Below, piece after piece: positions 9,928-19,420 of a DNA stretch of 64,000 nucleotides. Positions within the stretch are counted from its first letter, which is position 1. Each line of letters begins with the position of its first letter. Position numbers and translations under genes: made by a program. The stretch is from Candidatus Obscuribacterales bacterium (GTDB lineage Bacteria > Cyanobacteriota > Vampirovibrionia > Obscuribacterales > Obscuribacteraceae): the NCBI GenBank assembly GCA_965228855.1, contig CBDDIJ010000002.1:1312001-1376000 (forward strand), given 5' to 3'. The notes below the pieces were generated by a model, which searched no databases, was not told the DNA's origin, and worked only from the letters and a program-made list of their open reading frames with translations.

Positions 9928-10134
9928 GGTAATCTCCAGCTACCCTATGCCGTAAGACTGATTCTCGCGAGCGCTTCCGAATACGTTGTATGCGTTTTCC
10001 GAAGCTCCCTCCGAATGCGAGATGTCTTGTGAACGACCCCTCTAAATGTTCTTAGGCTGTTTGGGGGACTTGCGCTGCGTATCCATTCGATTGCTTTTGA
10101 ATTGGATCGGCGTCGCCGTTTTGGAGCGAGGCGT

Positions 10135-10164
10135 AAGTTACCAGAACGGCGAGTTGCGAGTCAA
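10135..10164 (-). promoter_or_regulatory. Putative sigma70 promoter for rlpA
   Basis: Minus strand TTGACT-N18-TAACTT with a TGn extended -10; implies a leader of about 200 nt. Confidence 0.35.
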
Positions 10165-10670
10165 AAATGCTTGGCAACAGCCAGATTTTCCCGTCCCTGT
10201 TGCATTTACGGCATAGTTGGCGATCTTTTAAGATTTCGGGCTTGACAGAAAGCGCCTGTTGTATCGGGGTGCTATCAAGCGTATATACATCCCGACCGGC
10301 GCGAATTCTTTCAATAATTAGTCACCGCTCATAAGTGATACCGCGGGCGGTTGTCATGTGTCGTCGGTAAAAAAGTGTAAAACTCACATTAAGCTTGCTC
10401 TCATTTATTATCGGCCCGAATTTTAGACGCATCTCAGGTTGTCTAAACCTGCTGTATATAAGCCTTTTGGTGAATATGCCGATCTACTTGCAACCACCGG
10501 TGGTGTCGCAACCAAAGTTTGCAATTTATTGCAGCCTTAAACCGCTTGTGACTGAAATTTGTCGCAAAGCAAAGTCTATGTCACAAACCGATCACAATTG
10601 ATTCGTCCGAAGCCAGAGTTCATCAGCCTTTTATTTGCGCAGTTCGGATTAACTGCATTCCATGCCGGTT

Positions 10671-11432
10671 CTAATTGGACATGAATTCCTGCATGAGCTT
10701 TTCATCCATGTCGAAATTGGCGAATACATGTTGAACGTCGTCGTGATTCTCTAGAACGTCGAGCAGCTTCAGGAGCTGCTTCGCGATGTCCGCATCTTGC
10801 ACGCTCACCGTCGAGAGCGGCGACATGTTTACTTCAGCGGAAATGATCTTATGACCGGATTTTTCAATCGCTTCCTTGACCTTTTCCATCTTGTCGGAGG
10901 AGCAGATAACCAGCGCTTCTTCGCTTTCTTCCGTGAGTAAGTCGTCGGCACCGGCATCGCTAGCCGCCGTCAAAAGACTGTCCTCGTCGTAATTTGACTC
11001 TTTGTCGATCTGCAATTCGCCGCGTTCTTTAAACATCCAGTTGACGCAACCCGTGTCACCAAGGTTGCCTCCGTACTTGGAGAAATAACTTCTGATGTCG
11101 CCCGCGGTTCTGTTTCGATTGTCCGTCGCGCATTTGACAAGTACAGCGACTCCACCAGGACCGTATCCTTCGTACGTCAGTTCCTCGACGCTATCAGCTC
11201 CGCCGGTACCAGCGCCCTTTTCGATTGCTCTTTCGATATTGTCGTTGGGAACGCCTTCCGCTTTCGCTCGTTCGATCGCGGTGCGAAGTCTGAAGTTGCC
11301 AGCAGGATCCGGTCCACCAAGTTTCGCAGCGACAATGATTTCTCGCGCCATCTTGGCGTAAACAACACCGCGCTTTTGGTCGACAACAGCTTTAGTTCTC
11401 TTGATGGTTGCCCATTTAGAATGACCTGACAT
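10671..11432 (-). CDS. yebC: YebC/PmpR family protein
   Basis: MSGHSKWATIK start, YEGYGPGGVA, TDNRNRT, LENHDDVQHVFAN. Confidence 0.96.
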   Translation of the reverse strand: MSGHSKWATIKRTKAVVDQKRGVVYAKMAREIIVAAKLGGPDPAGNFRLRTAIERAKAEGVPNDNIERAIEKGAGTGGADSVEELTYEGYGPGGVAVLVKCATDNRNRTAGDIRSYFSKYGGNLGDTGCVNWMFKERGELQIDKESNYDEDSLLTAASDAGADDLLTEESEEALVICSSDKMEKVKEAIEKSGHKIISAEVNMSPLSTVSVQDADIAKQLLKLLDVLENHDDVQHVFANFDMDEKLMQEFMSN

Positions 11433-11871
11433 GGTTTCTCCGTTTCTGAAGCACATACGACAATCGAGTTCTCGGTTGAGAATCGAAAAATTTTGCTCTC
11501 TCATATCCTTATATATAGGAATGCGGGAGAGGGCAAGTACCTTTTTAGGATAAGCAATTTCCGCCGATCTGTTTGCCTCTTTTTAAAAGCCGTTTACATC
11601 TTCAGACCGCTCGCACGGTTCCCAACCCGCTCTAATCTCGGTTTAAGCAGGAAAAGAAGAACGGTGTGCCAATCAGGCTGTCAGGAGTTTTGAAATTGGA
11701 GCTTTGAAGGGTTACTATGTTGATCACATTTCGTGTGAAGTCCAACACTGTTTTACTTCGCATGCATTCCAGTTCGAATTTGCTCCATGCCTCGAACAAT
11801 CAAACCAGTCCTTTCGGACTTGAAATAGACAATCATTCGCCTCGCGTAAGAGACGAACCACGGAGAAAGTT

Positions 11872-13758
11872 ATGAAACCGAATCTTATTATAGGATTGCT
11901 GGCCGGATCTATCGCATTGGTCAGCGCCGATCAGTGCTTCGCGCAGTCCTTTACTGATGCGCCTTCTCACGGTCGTCTGCTTGCGCAGAAAAAACGTACT
12001 CTCAAAGTTCGGATCGAACATGATGTTGTTCAAGCTGATGACCTGATGCTGAAAGGCAAATATGGTGATGCTGAGAGCATGTACAAACAAGCACTGCAGC
12101 GCAATGGTAAGAGCGTTCCTGCTACTGTCGGTTACGGAATGGCGCTCGCCAAGCAGTTTAAACTCGATGGTGCCAAAGCACAATTCGAAAAAGCGCTTGA
12201 GATGGATCCACGAAATGCCATGGCTCATGCCGGTCTTGCGATGGTGATGTACAACAGTTTGCAATCTTCCAGTCAAACTGTCCGCGCCAATCAAGATGCC
12301 ATTTTGAAAAGCGCAGAAGCCGAGTGTAAGCAAGGCCTTGCTATCGATCCGGGCATGCCCGAGGCGCACTACACTCTCGGTAACGTTTATCGCACGCAAG
12401 GCAGAATCGATGAAGCTCTGAATGAATATAAGGAAGCATCGAAGCTCGATCCTGAATATTCGGAAGCGTTCGCTGGTGTCGGTTTAGTCAATATGAACAA
12501 GGGTCAATGGGCAGATGCAGTGACCGCGTTTAAACAGGCAATTCAACTTTCATCCGGTAATTCCACTGCTCACTACGGCTTGGGAAGAACGTATTTCAAG
12601 CAAGGACTTTACGACGAAGCGCTCAAAGAGCTGAACACATCGTTGTATCAGCATCGTGAATCTGCTCCCGTTCGACTGACTCGCGGTGAAGTTTATTCCG
12701 CTCAGGGCAATGCCGTTGCTGCAATCCGCGAGTTTCAAGAGGCTATCCGTATCAAACCGGAAACACCGGAAGCATATATCAACATTGCGGACATCCGCGA
12801 AAATAGAGGCGATCTGGAGGATGCAATTGCTCAATTGCGATCCGGTACGGAACTCATGCCGGACAACTCAGTTCTGCGAGGAAGAATTGCTGACTTGAGC
12901 CTGAAGCTGGAAAAACTCGATCAAGCCATCAAGGAATATCAAAAAGTTCTCGAAGTCGATCCAGGTAATGGACCGGCCGCACAAGGTTTGACTCGCGCTT
13001 ATTACATGAAGGCTAATAAAGATGCGAACAGCTCGTTCTTCGTTTCCAACGAGTTCGAAGAGGCTAAGGCTTCCATCGACAAAGCAGTCAGCATGAATCC
13101 TAATAATATGGAGTTGCGTTTAGCGCAATTGAAGCTCCGTATCATGATGGGCGATCCGGTTGATCTCTCGCAAGTCGCGCAGCCGACGAACGACGGTGAG
13201 CGCATCGCGTATGCCGAAGCTTTGCTTGCCCAAAACAAATTCGCCGAAGCCGATCAACAGCTGAACACAGTGTTGAACAACTCGAACGATCCTAAAGAAG
13301 TTTTTGCAGTAGGAGATCTCTCCTTGATGATCAAAGACTTGAAGAGCGCCGAAGCGGCCTACAAAAAGGCGAACGGCATGCCCGGGCAGGAGAAGAGAGC
13401 TGCACGCGGTTTGAACCTGGTTGGAAAAGCTAAAGAATCTGCCCAACAGGATTTGACGCTGGCGAACGATCTGGCTAAGAAGAAACAGCTCGGTTCTGCG
13501 ATGGACAAATATCACGCCGCTATCTATGAAAACCCGCGTGTAGCAGATGCTCGCCTTGGTGCCGGCAAAACGCTCGAGCTGCTGAAGCCTGCGCAAAGCA
13601 AGGATTTGAAAGAAGCGATCGTGCAGTACAAGGCTTACCTCGCTCTTTCTCCCGAACTTCCTCCGAAGGAAAAGGAGAAGATGGAGAAGAAAATCGAGAA
13701 GCTGCAAGAGAAAGCTTTCAAGCTTGAGCAAAAAGAGAAAGAGCGCGGCGGCAAGTAG
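11872..13758 (+). CDS. Secreted multi-TPR protein
   Basis: Signal peptide and many consecutive TPR units (e.g. PEAHYTLGNVYRTQGRIDEALNEYKEASKLDP). Confidence 0.9.
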   Translation: MKPNLIIGLLAGSIALVSADQCFAQSFTDAPSHGRLLAQKKRTLKVRIEHDVVQADDLMLKGKYGDAESMYKQALQRNGKSVPATVGYGMALAKQFKLDGAKAQFEKALEMDPRNAMAHAGLAMVMYNSLQSSSQTVRANQDAILKSAEAECKQGLAIDPGMPEAHYTLGNVYRTQGRIDEALNEYKEASKLDPEYSEAFAGVGLVNMNKGQWADAVTAFKQAIQLSSGNSTAHYGLGRTYFKQGLYDEALKELNTSLYQHRESAPVRLTRGEVYSAQGNAVAAIREFQEAIRIKPETPEAYINIADIRENRGDLEDAIAQLRSGTELMPDNSVLRGRIADLSLKLEKLDQAIKEYQKVLEVDPGNGPAAQGLTRAYYMKANKDANSSFFVSNEFEEAKASIDKAVSMNPNNMELRLAQLKLRIMMGDPVDLSQVAQPTNDGERIAYAEALLAQNKFAEADQQLNTVLNNSNDPKEVFAVGDLSLMIKDLKSAEAAYKKANGMPGQEKRAARGLNLVGKAKESAQQDLTLANDLAKKKQLGSAMDKYHAAIYENPRVADARLGAGKTLELLKPAQSKDLKEAIVQYKAYLALSPELPPKEKEKMEKKIEKLQEKAFKLEQKEKERGGK

Positions 13759-13817
13759 TTACTTCTAACATCGCACTCACATACATATAAGCTTGAATCG
13801 GCGAAGAGCCTGTTAAA

Positions 13818-15203
13818 ATGGTCGCTGTGGCACGCTGGAAACAACGAAAAGTAACCATTTACGGGCTCGGCAGGAGCGGCATGGCTGCCGTTCGCTATTT
13901 GTGCGAGCGCGGCGCTGATGTGTTTGTTTCCGACAGCCAGCCAGAGTCCAAGATAAATGAAGCAACTCTCAAGGAGTTGAGAACTCTGGGCGTTCGCTAC
14001 GAGTTCGGCGAACACAGCTTGCAAGCCATTCGATTCGCAGACATCTTTATTGTAAGTCCCGGCATTTCGCCTTACTCCGACGTCATCCAGATGTCGAAGA
14101 AAACGGGCAAAGAGGTTATTTCCGATATCGAGCTGGCCTCCCGCGAAACGACAATTCCAATTATCGCGATCACAGGCACCAACGGTAAGTCGACAACAAC
14201 GGCTTTGATCAGCCACTTGCTCGAATTTTGTGGGTATCGCGCACCAGTGTGTGGAAACATCGGCGTTCCGATTCTCTCACTGATAGACCGGAAGCTCGAT
14301 TTCCTGGTAGCCGAGGTAAGTTCGTTTCAGCTCGAATATTGTCCGACTTTCGCACCGAAGATTAGCGTCTGGTTGAACCTGACTCCCGACCACATCGATT
14401 GGCATAAGGGCATCGATCATTATGTTGACGCAAAACGCAAAATGTTCAAAAACCAACATATGAGTCAGTATGCGGTTTTGAGCATGGACGATCCGGTGGT
14501 GGCAGCGACCAAGACGATTGCTGAGATTTTCCCGTTTTCCACTGAATCGGAATTCGATGAATACATGCAAGGCACCTATGTGTCGGATGGCTTCATCTGC
14601 TGCCGGCGCTTGATGCAGGATCGCGTCGTGATACCAGTGCGCGATTTGCCGATTAAGGGCAAGCACAATGTTGAGAACGCACTTGCTGCCATTGGTGCTG
14701 CGGTGCTTGCCGGTGCGGATATCGATCGGATTAAGGAGGGACTAAAAACCTTTAAGAATCTAGAGCATCGGATGGAGTTCGTTGGCACTATAGATGGTGT
14801 TAGTTTCTACAATGACTCCAAGGCGACCAACACTGTGTCTGCCATTAAAGCGCTTGAATCTTTCCCGGGAGAGCCTGTAGTTCTCATCGCAGGTGGAAAA
14901 GACAAAGGAACATCCCTCACAGATTTTGTTCATGTTGTCAGAAAAACCGCATCTGCTGTTATCCTCATAGGGGAGGCCACAGGCAGATTCGAAAACGAAC
15001 TTCGGCAGGGAGGAGTCCAGAATATATATCCGGTGGAATCGCTTGATGCGGCGGTGAAATTAGGACTACAGCTCAATCAGGGCCCAGTGCTACTTTCACC
15101 GGCGTGTGCCAGTTTCGATATGTTCAAAGACTACGAGGATAGAGGGCGTGTCTTCAAAGATATTGTCCGTGCAAGGCTCAAAGAGGTCGCGCAAACAAAC
15201 TAA
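13818..15203 (+). CDS. murD: UDP-N-acetylmuramoyl-L-alanine--D-glutamate ligase
   Basis: GLGRSG, SPGI, ITGTNGKSTTT, EVSSFQL, NDSKATN, LSPACASFDMF. Confidence 0.97.
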   Translation: MVAVARWKQRKVTIYGLGRSGMAAVRYLCERGADVFVSDSQPESKINEATLKELRTLGVRYEFGEHSLQAIRFADIFIVSPGISPYSDVIQMSKKTGKEVISDIELASRETTIPIIAITGTNGKSTTTALISHLLEFCGYRAPVCGNIGVPILSLIDRKLDFLVAEVSSFQLEYCPTFAPKISVWLNLTPDHIDWHKGIDHYVDAKRKMFKNQHMSQYAVLSMDDPVVAATKTIAEIFPFSTESEFDEYMQGTYVSDGFICCRRLMQDRVVIPVRDLPIKGKHNVENALAAIGAAVLAGADIDRIKEGLKTFKNLEHRMEFVGTIDGVSFYNDSKATNTVSAIKALESFPGEPVVLIAGGKDKGTSLTDFVHVVRKTASAVILIGEATGRFENELRQGGVQNIYPVESLDAAVKLGLQLNQGPVLLSPACASFDMFKDYEDRGRVFKDIVRARLKEVAQTN

Positions 15204-16392
15204 CTTCGATCCGCGTCTGGCACCGTCCATCGGTGCCAACGAGGGGAATGAAGAGACGACGGCTCCCAAAGAGCCGCATTTTCGTGGTCTGCCGAACAAA
15301 GCGATCATCGCGGTAACGGTCGCACTGTGTCTTTTCGGTCTGATGGCTGTGTTCAGCGCTTCGGCTCCGGAGGCGCTCAACAATACTCACGATGCGACGT
15401 CGTATCTTCGCAAACAAACCATTGCCTGCATGCTTGGTATGTTCGCGATGTTCACAATCAGCCGGTACGACTATCGAAAACTTCGAAAATGGGCATGGCC
15501 GGTAGCGATTCTCTCTTTTATCGCTCTGGCGCTTACCCTTGTTCCAGGTCTCTCGACCGAAGCATTCGGCTCCGCTCGCTGGCTGCAATTTGGTCCTTTC
15601 CAATTCCAACCTTCCGAAGCCGCAAAAGTAGGGTCAATTCTGCTTCTCGCCTCGGGTCTGTCTAAACACTTCTGGTGGAAGAAGGAGATGATCATCAGGA
15701 TCGGGCTCGTCATGGCGATGGCCGCGATCGTGGTCAAACAGCCTGACCTTGGAAGCACACTGATGATTCTTTCCGGATTGGCTACTCTACTTTATGTGAG
15801 TGGTACCAATCAGATGTTGCTGTTCATGGCCCTTCTTGGTGGTGCCGGACTGGTCTGGCACAAAATTCAAAGCACGCCTTACCAGATGGCGCGGATTGAG
15901 AGCTGGATCAATCCATACGAGCATCCTCAGAAAGAAGGATGGAACATTATTCAGGCTCAGCTCGCTATCGGCTCTGGCGGGCTGCTCGGACTGGGTTATG
16001 GGCGTTCGCTGCAAAAACTGCATTATCTTCCCGTTCAGCACGCCGACTTCATTTTCGCGGTCATCTCCGAAGAGCTCGGCATGCTTGGCTGTATCTCATT
16101 GATTTCTCTGTTTATGATCTTTGGCTACTATGGCTTTAAAACAGCTCTGGAAGCCCGAACGTTATTTGGTCGTTTGCTGGCAATCGGCATTACAAGTTCG
16201 ATCTGCGTGCAAGCAACCGTAAACATTATGGTGACGACCGGTATTCTCCCGGTTACAGGCATCACGCTTCCGTTCATAAGCTACGGCGGAAGCTCGCTCG
16301 TCATCACCCTTTCCATGGTTGGCATTTTGCTCTCGGTCTCACGCGACCGCGACCAACCAGCGGAAGAAGAGGAAGAAGGTTTGTTAGCTTGA
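15148..16392 (+). CDS. ftsW: SEDS peptidoglycan polymerase FtsW
   Basis: ARWL, FQPSEAAK, QPDLGS, AIGSGG, HADFIFAVISEELG, GITLPFISYGGSS; located between murD and murG; start uncertain (GTG at 15148 has GAGGA upstream). Confidence 0.93.
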   Translation: MSSKILSVQGSKRSRKQTNFDPRLAPSIGANEGNEETTAPKEPHFRGLPNKAIIAVTVALCLFGLMAVFSASAPEALNNTHDATSYLRKQTIACMLGMFAMFTISRYDYRKLRKWAWPVAILSFIALALTLVPGLSTEAFGSARWLQFGPFQFQPSEAAKVGSILLLASGLSKHFWWKKEMIIRIGLVMAMAAIVVKQPDLGSTLMILSGLATLLYVSGTNQMLLFMALLGGAGLVWHKIQSTPYQMARIESWINPYEHPQKEGWNIIQAQLAIGSGGLLGLGYGRSLQKLHYLPVQHADFIFAVISEELGMLGCISLISLFMIFGYYGFKTALEARTLFGRLLAIGITSSICVQATVNIMVTTGILPVTGITLPFISYGGSSLVITLSMVGILLSVSRDRDQPAEEEEEGLLA

Positions 16393-16415
16393 TCAACGGA
16401 ACCGAAAGAAGAATC

Positions 16416-17606
16416 ATGGATGAGCAATCCCGGAGCGGAACAAGTTCGATGAACGGAACAAGTTCAAAGCCGAGCGGTGGACACCGTGTCGTTCTTTCAG
16501 GCGGTGGCACAGGTGGGCACGTCTACCCTGCCCTGTCCGTCTACGAGGTACTCGAGCACGACCCTTCTGTCGAAGCCATCCTATATATAGGTGCGCAAGG
16601 GCACATCGAGGAGCGCATCGCCAGAGAGCGAGGAATTGATTTTGTCGGTCTGAACGTTTCCGGTATGCCTCGGAAAAAATCGCTCGCGATTTTCAAATGG
16701 GTTTTCCAATCGCTGAAAGCGCAGGCGCATGCGAAAAAGGTGTTGCGCAAATTTCGGCCGACCGTAGTACTGGGCACCGGTGGATACGCATCAGCTCCCG
16801 CTCTGGGTGCAGCCAAAGAGCTCGGTATTCCGTATGCCATTCATGAACCTGATGCTTACCCGGGACTCGCCAACAAGTTTTTCGCCTCAACTGCCGGTCT
16901 GATTTCGCTGGGGATGGAAGGCGCTAAGGGCATTGCTTCGCGTGTTGGAAAGACCGTGGTCAACGGCAATCCGATACGTCAGGGCTTCATCAATAAAATT
17001 GGTCGTGATGCGGCTTGCGCGGTTTTCGGTTTTCGCTCCGATATTCCTACCGTAGTGATCACTGGCGGATCGCAAGGCGCCAAGGCGATCAACGAGAGCC
17101 TGTCGCAAACGATCCAGCGTCTCCTCGACTTCTCTCCACCGATTCAAATTGTGCATCAAGCCGGCGAGAAAAACATCCACGACGTCAAAGAGTCGCTCGA
17201 CGAGAACGTTCTCCTTCATCCGCGTTACTGTTTGCGAGCTTACTTCGATGATATGTCCATCGTCTATGCCGCTTGTGACCTCGTTGTCTGTCGAGCAGGC
17301 GCAATGACAATCTCTGAGTTATCGGCAACCGCTACGCCGGCTGTTTTTATTCCCTTTCCATATGCCGCTCAGAATCACCAGATGCACAACGCGCGTTTCC
17401 TTGAAAGTAAGGGCGCGGCCATGGTGATACCGCAAGAAGATCTGACACCGCAAAAGCTAGGCGATGTAATCATCTCGTTGTTTGCTGACACTGCTAAACT
17501 GCAGTCGATGAAAGCGGCGATGGGCGCTCTGGGAAAACCGAGAGCATCAGCCGATCTTGCCGAGCAGCTCAAAGCGCTCAGCGGTCAATACATGCAGCGT
17601 AAATAG
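16416..17606 (+). CDS. murG: Lipid II GlcNAc transferase MurG
   Basis: GGGTGGHVYP, GTGGYAS, GNPIR, GGSQGA, CRAGAMT, HQMHNA. Confidence 0.97.
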   Translation: MDEQSRSGTSSMNGTSSKPSGGHRVVLSGGGTGGHVYPALSVYEVLEHDPSVEAILYIGAQGHIEERIARERGIDFVGLNVSGMPRKKSLAIFKWVFQSLKAQAHAKKVLRKFRPTVVLGTGGYASAPALGAAKELGIPYAIHEPDAYPGLANKFFASTAGLISLGMEGAKGIASRVGKTVVNGNPIRQGFINKIGRDAACAVFGFRSDIPTVVITGGSQGAKAINESLSQTIQRLLDFSPPIQIVHQAGEKNIHDVKESLDENVLLHPRYCLRAYFDDMSIVYAACDLVVCRAGAMTISELSATATPAVFIPFPYAAQNHQMHNARFLESKGAAMVIPQEDLTPQKLGDVIISLFADTAKLQSMKAAMGALGKPRASADLAEQLKALSGQYMQRK

Positions 17607-17607
17607 A

Positions 17608-17850
17608 CTACTGAATGAAGGTGTTCTGGAACACGTTCGGCGGTGGAACCGTAATCTGAGAATTTGTTTGAACGTCACTGTTTTCGCCAAGTGAGATTCC
17701 GACTGCTTTGCGCTCGATGTCGGAGACAATCGCTTCGATTTCCCGAAGCATTGCGTTGGTTTCATGGTCTACGCCCTGGTGGCGGGCTACGACTTCCTTG
17801 AGCTGTGTGACTGCCTGATTGATTGAATTATTGCTGTGGGGAAAGGACAT
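17608..17850 (-). CDS. Small hypothetical protein (80 aa)
   Basis: ATG preceded by AGGA; helical composition; converges on murG with a 1-bp gap. Confidence 0.55.
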   Translation of the reverse strand: MSFPHSNNSINQAVTQLKEVVARHQGVDHETNAMLREIEAIVSDIERKAVGISLGENSDVQTNSQITVPPPNVFQNTFIQ

Positions 17851-18194
17851 TTTTCCTACCCTGACATTTTTTGTCGGTTTAAAGAAGTGAGACTTAGAAA
17901 CCCTATAAAAACACGAAATAGTGCTACGCCTTTTCAGGAGTTTAACACGGGATATGCGGTAGGCAAGCGCTTCATATGTATGAGACTAACTTAATTAATA
18001 CGCCTGCGAGCGCCTTGCTTGGCCGGTCTTATATCTGAAGAATCTCTCTTGTCAATATATGTTGTTCACATTCGTATTTCATTGCACATCCGCACCCAGT
18101 GCCATTTATGGAAGCTGAAATTGTTTGAAGTTCAAGCTTTCGCCTAAATTTCTGATTTCCGCTTACCCTAATAGTGGTGAACACGGAGAATCCA

Positions 18195-18521
18195 ATGCTT
18201 AAGCTTCTGTCCAAGATTTTTACTGAAAAACCGCCTGCGCTTGAGGGTGCTCAAGACGCCAATATCAGTCGCATGTCGCGCATGCGCCGCAAGACCGATG
18301 AGATTGCGATGATGGCAGAAGTGCTTCACGATCATGGAGAGCAAATCGAAGCGCGAAAAGATATACTTTCGAAGGCTCGCGATTTGGAAATCGGTACTTC
18401 GTTCAAAGGATATTCATCGCGAGCTAAGGACGAGAACGAACGCAGAAATGGTTCACTCATCAAGGATTGGCACGAACGCATCAGCCACTTGCCCGGTTTC
18501 GAAGTCGATCCCACTTATTAG
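18195..18521 (+). CDS. Hypothetical protein
   Basis: GGAG before the ATG at 18195; amphipathic N-terminus MLKLLSKIF. Confidence 0.6.
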   Translation: MLKLLSKIFTEKPPALEGAQDANISRMSRMRRKTDEIAMMAEVLHDHGEQIEARKDILSKARDLEIGTSFKGYSSRAKDENERRNGSLIKDWHERISHLPGFEVDPTY

Positions 18522-18576
18522 CGCCGCCGCTGGTAATGACTTTAGCGTGTCGGCACTTCGACGGAAGGACTGACAC

Positions 18577-19074
18577 GTGGACGTAATGTTTGTTCTGATT
18601 GTCACCGCGCTTGCAGTCTTAGGTCTGCTAGCGACGATTGGAGTGGTGGCGATTTTTCTGTTCGGCGTCGGCAGTTCAAAGAAACGAAAAGCTAGACGTC
18701 ATGCTGTTCTTCACGATAGCTGCACACGGATGAAGGCTGTGATCGCGGAGTTGCTTGAGCGAGTCAATGAACTTGATCAGCACTCTAAATTCATCGAGGA
18801 TCAGCGCGTTCAGTCTGCCACCAAAGACCGACTTGCGGTTGCGGCAACGGATCTGGTGACTGTCACTGATTGTCTGCCGACAATCGAGCAGCTGCTCGTC
18901 GAGAAGCGCTACGACGATGCCGCCGATGTGCTGTCGGCGTCGAGCCGGGTAATTGAAAAGGTCATGCGCATAATCGGTCAGGTACAAGCAGAGCCAGCGA
19001 TCAAAGCGTTGCCTGATGGAGTGACGCTTAAATTGCCGAAGTCTCAGGCTGCGTCGACGAAAAAGCAGGGCTGA
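18577..19074 (+). CDS. Single-pass membrane protein with a helical/coiled-coil domain
   Basis: AAGGA before GTG; N-terminal hydrophobic helix followed by KKRKARR. Confidence 0.7.
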   Translation: MDVMFVLIVTALAVLGLLATIGVVAIFLFGVGSSKKRKARRHAVLHDSCTRMKAVIAELLERVNELDQHSKFIEDQRVQSATKDRLAVAATDLVTVTDCLPTIEQLLVEKRYDDAADVLSASSRVIEKVMRIIGQVQAEPAIKALPDGVTLKLPKSQAASTKKQG

Positions 19075-19420
19075 CTTCCGGCGAAACCAGGTTGTATCGC
19101 GCGAGTTTCGCTAAGCAGATACTCGGACCGCTCCCCTTACACCAGGTAGTAATGCCACCATAAACGGTGCCAAGAAATTATTTGCGTTCTCTAAAGTTTT
19201 AAGCAAAAAAGTTCGTTCAAACCCTATCATTCGGGCACAATATTTGTAGAATGGAAGTAGAAGAAATTCATTCTGCGTACGTCGTTCAGCGAATCGCGCG
19301 ACGCTTTGCGTCCGTTTGATCGGTAGTCACGGTGCGACTTTTGTGCGTCTCGGCTTTGGCCGAGCGACTGTTTTGATGTGGGAATTTAGGTGCAAGTTGT
19401 TAGATTGAGAGGATATACCG

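Noticed and set aside
8876..9982. 12-bp direct repeat gcgcttccgaat at 8876-8887 and 9971-9982 flanking rlpA
   Set aside because: No transposase, integrase or terminal inverted repeats; too short to support a mobile element
10395..10601. 68-aa ORF and CRP-like tgtga/tcaca half-sites
   Set aside because: TTG start without RBS; half-site spacing does not match TGTGA-N6-TCACA
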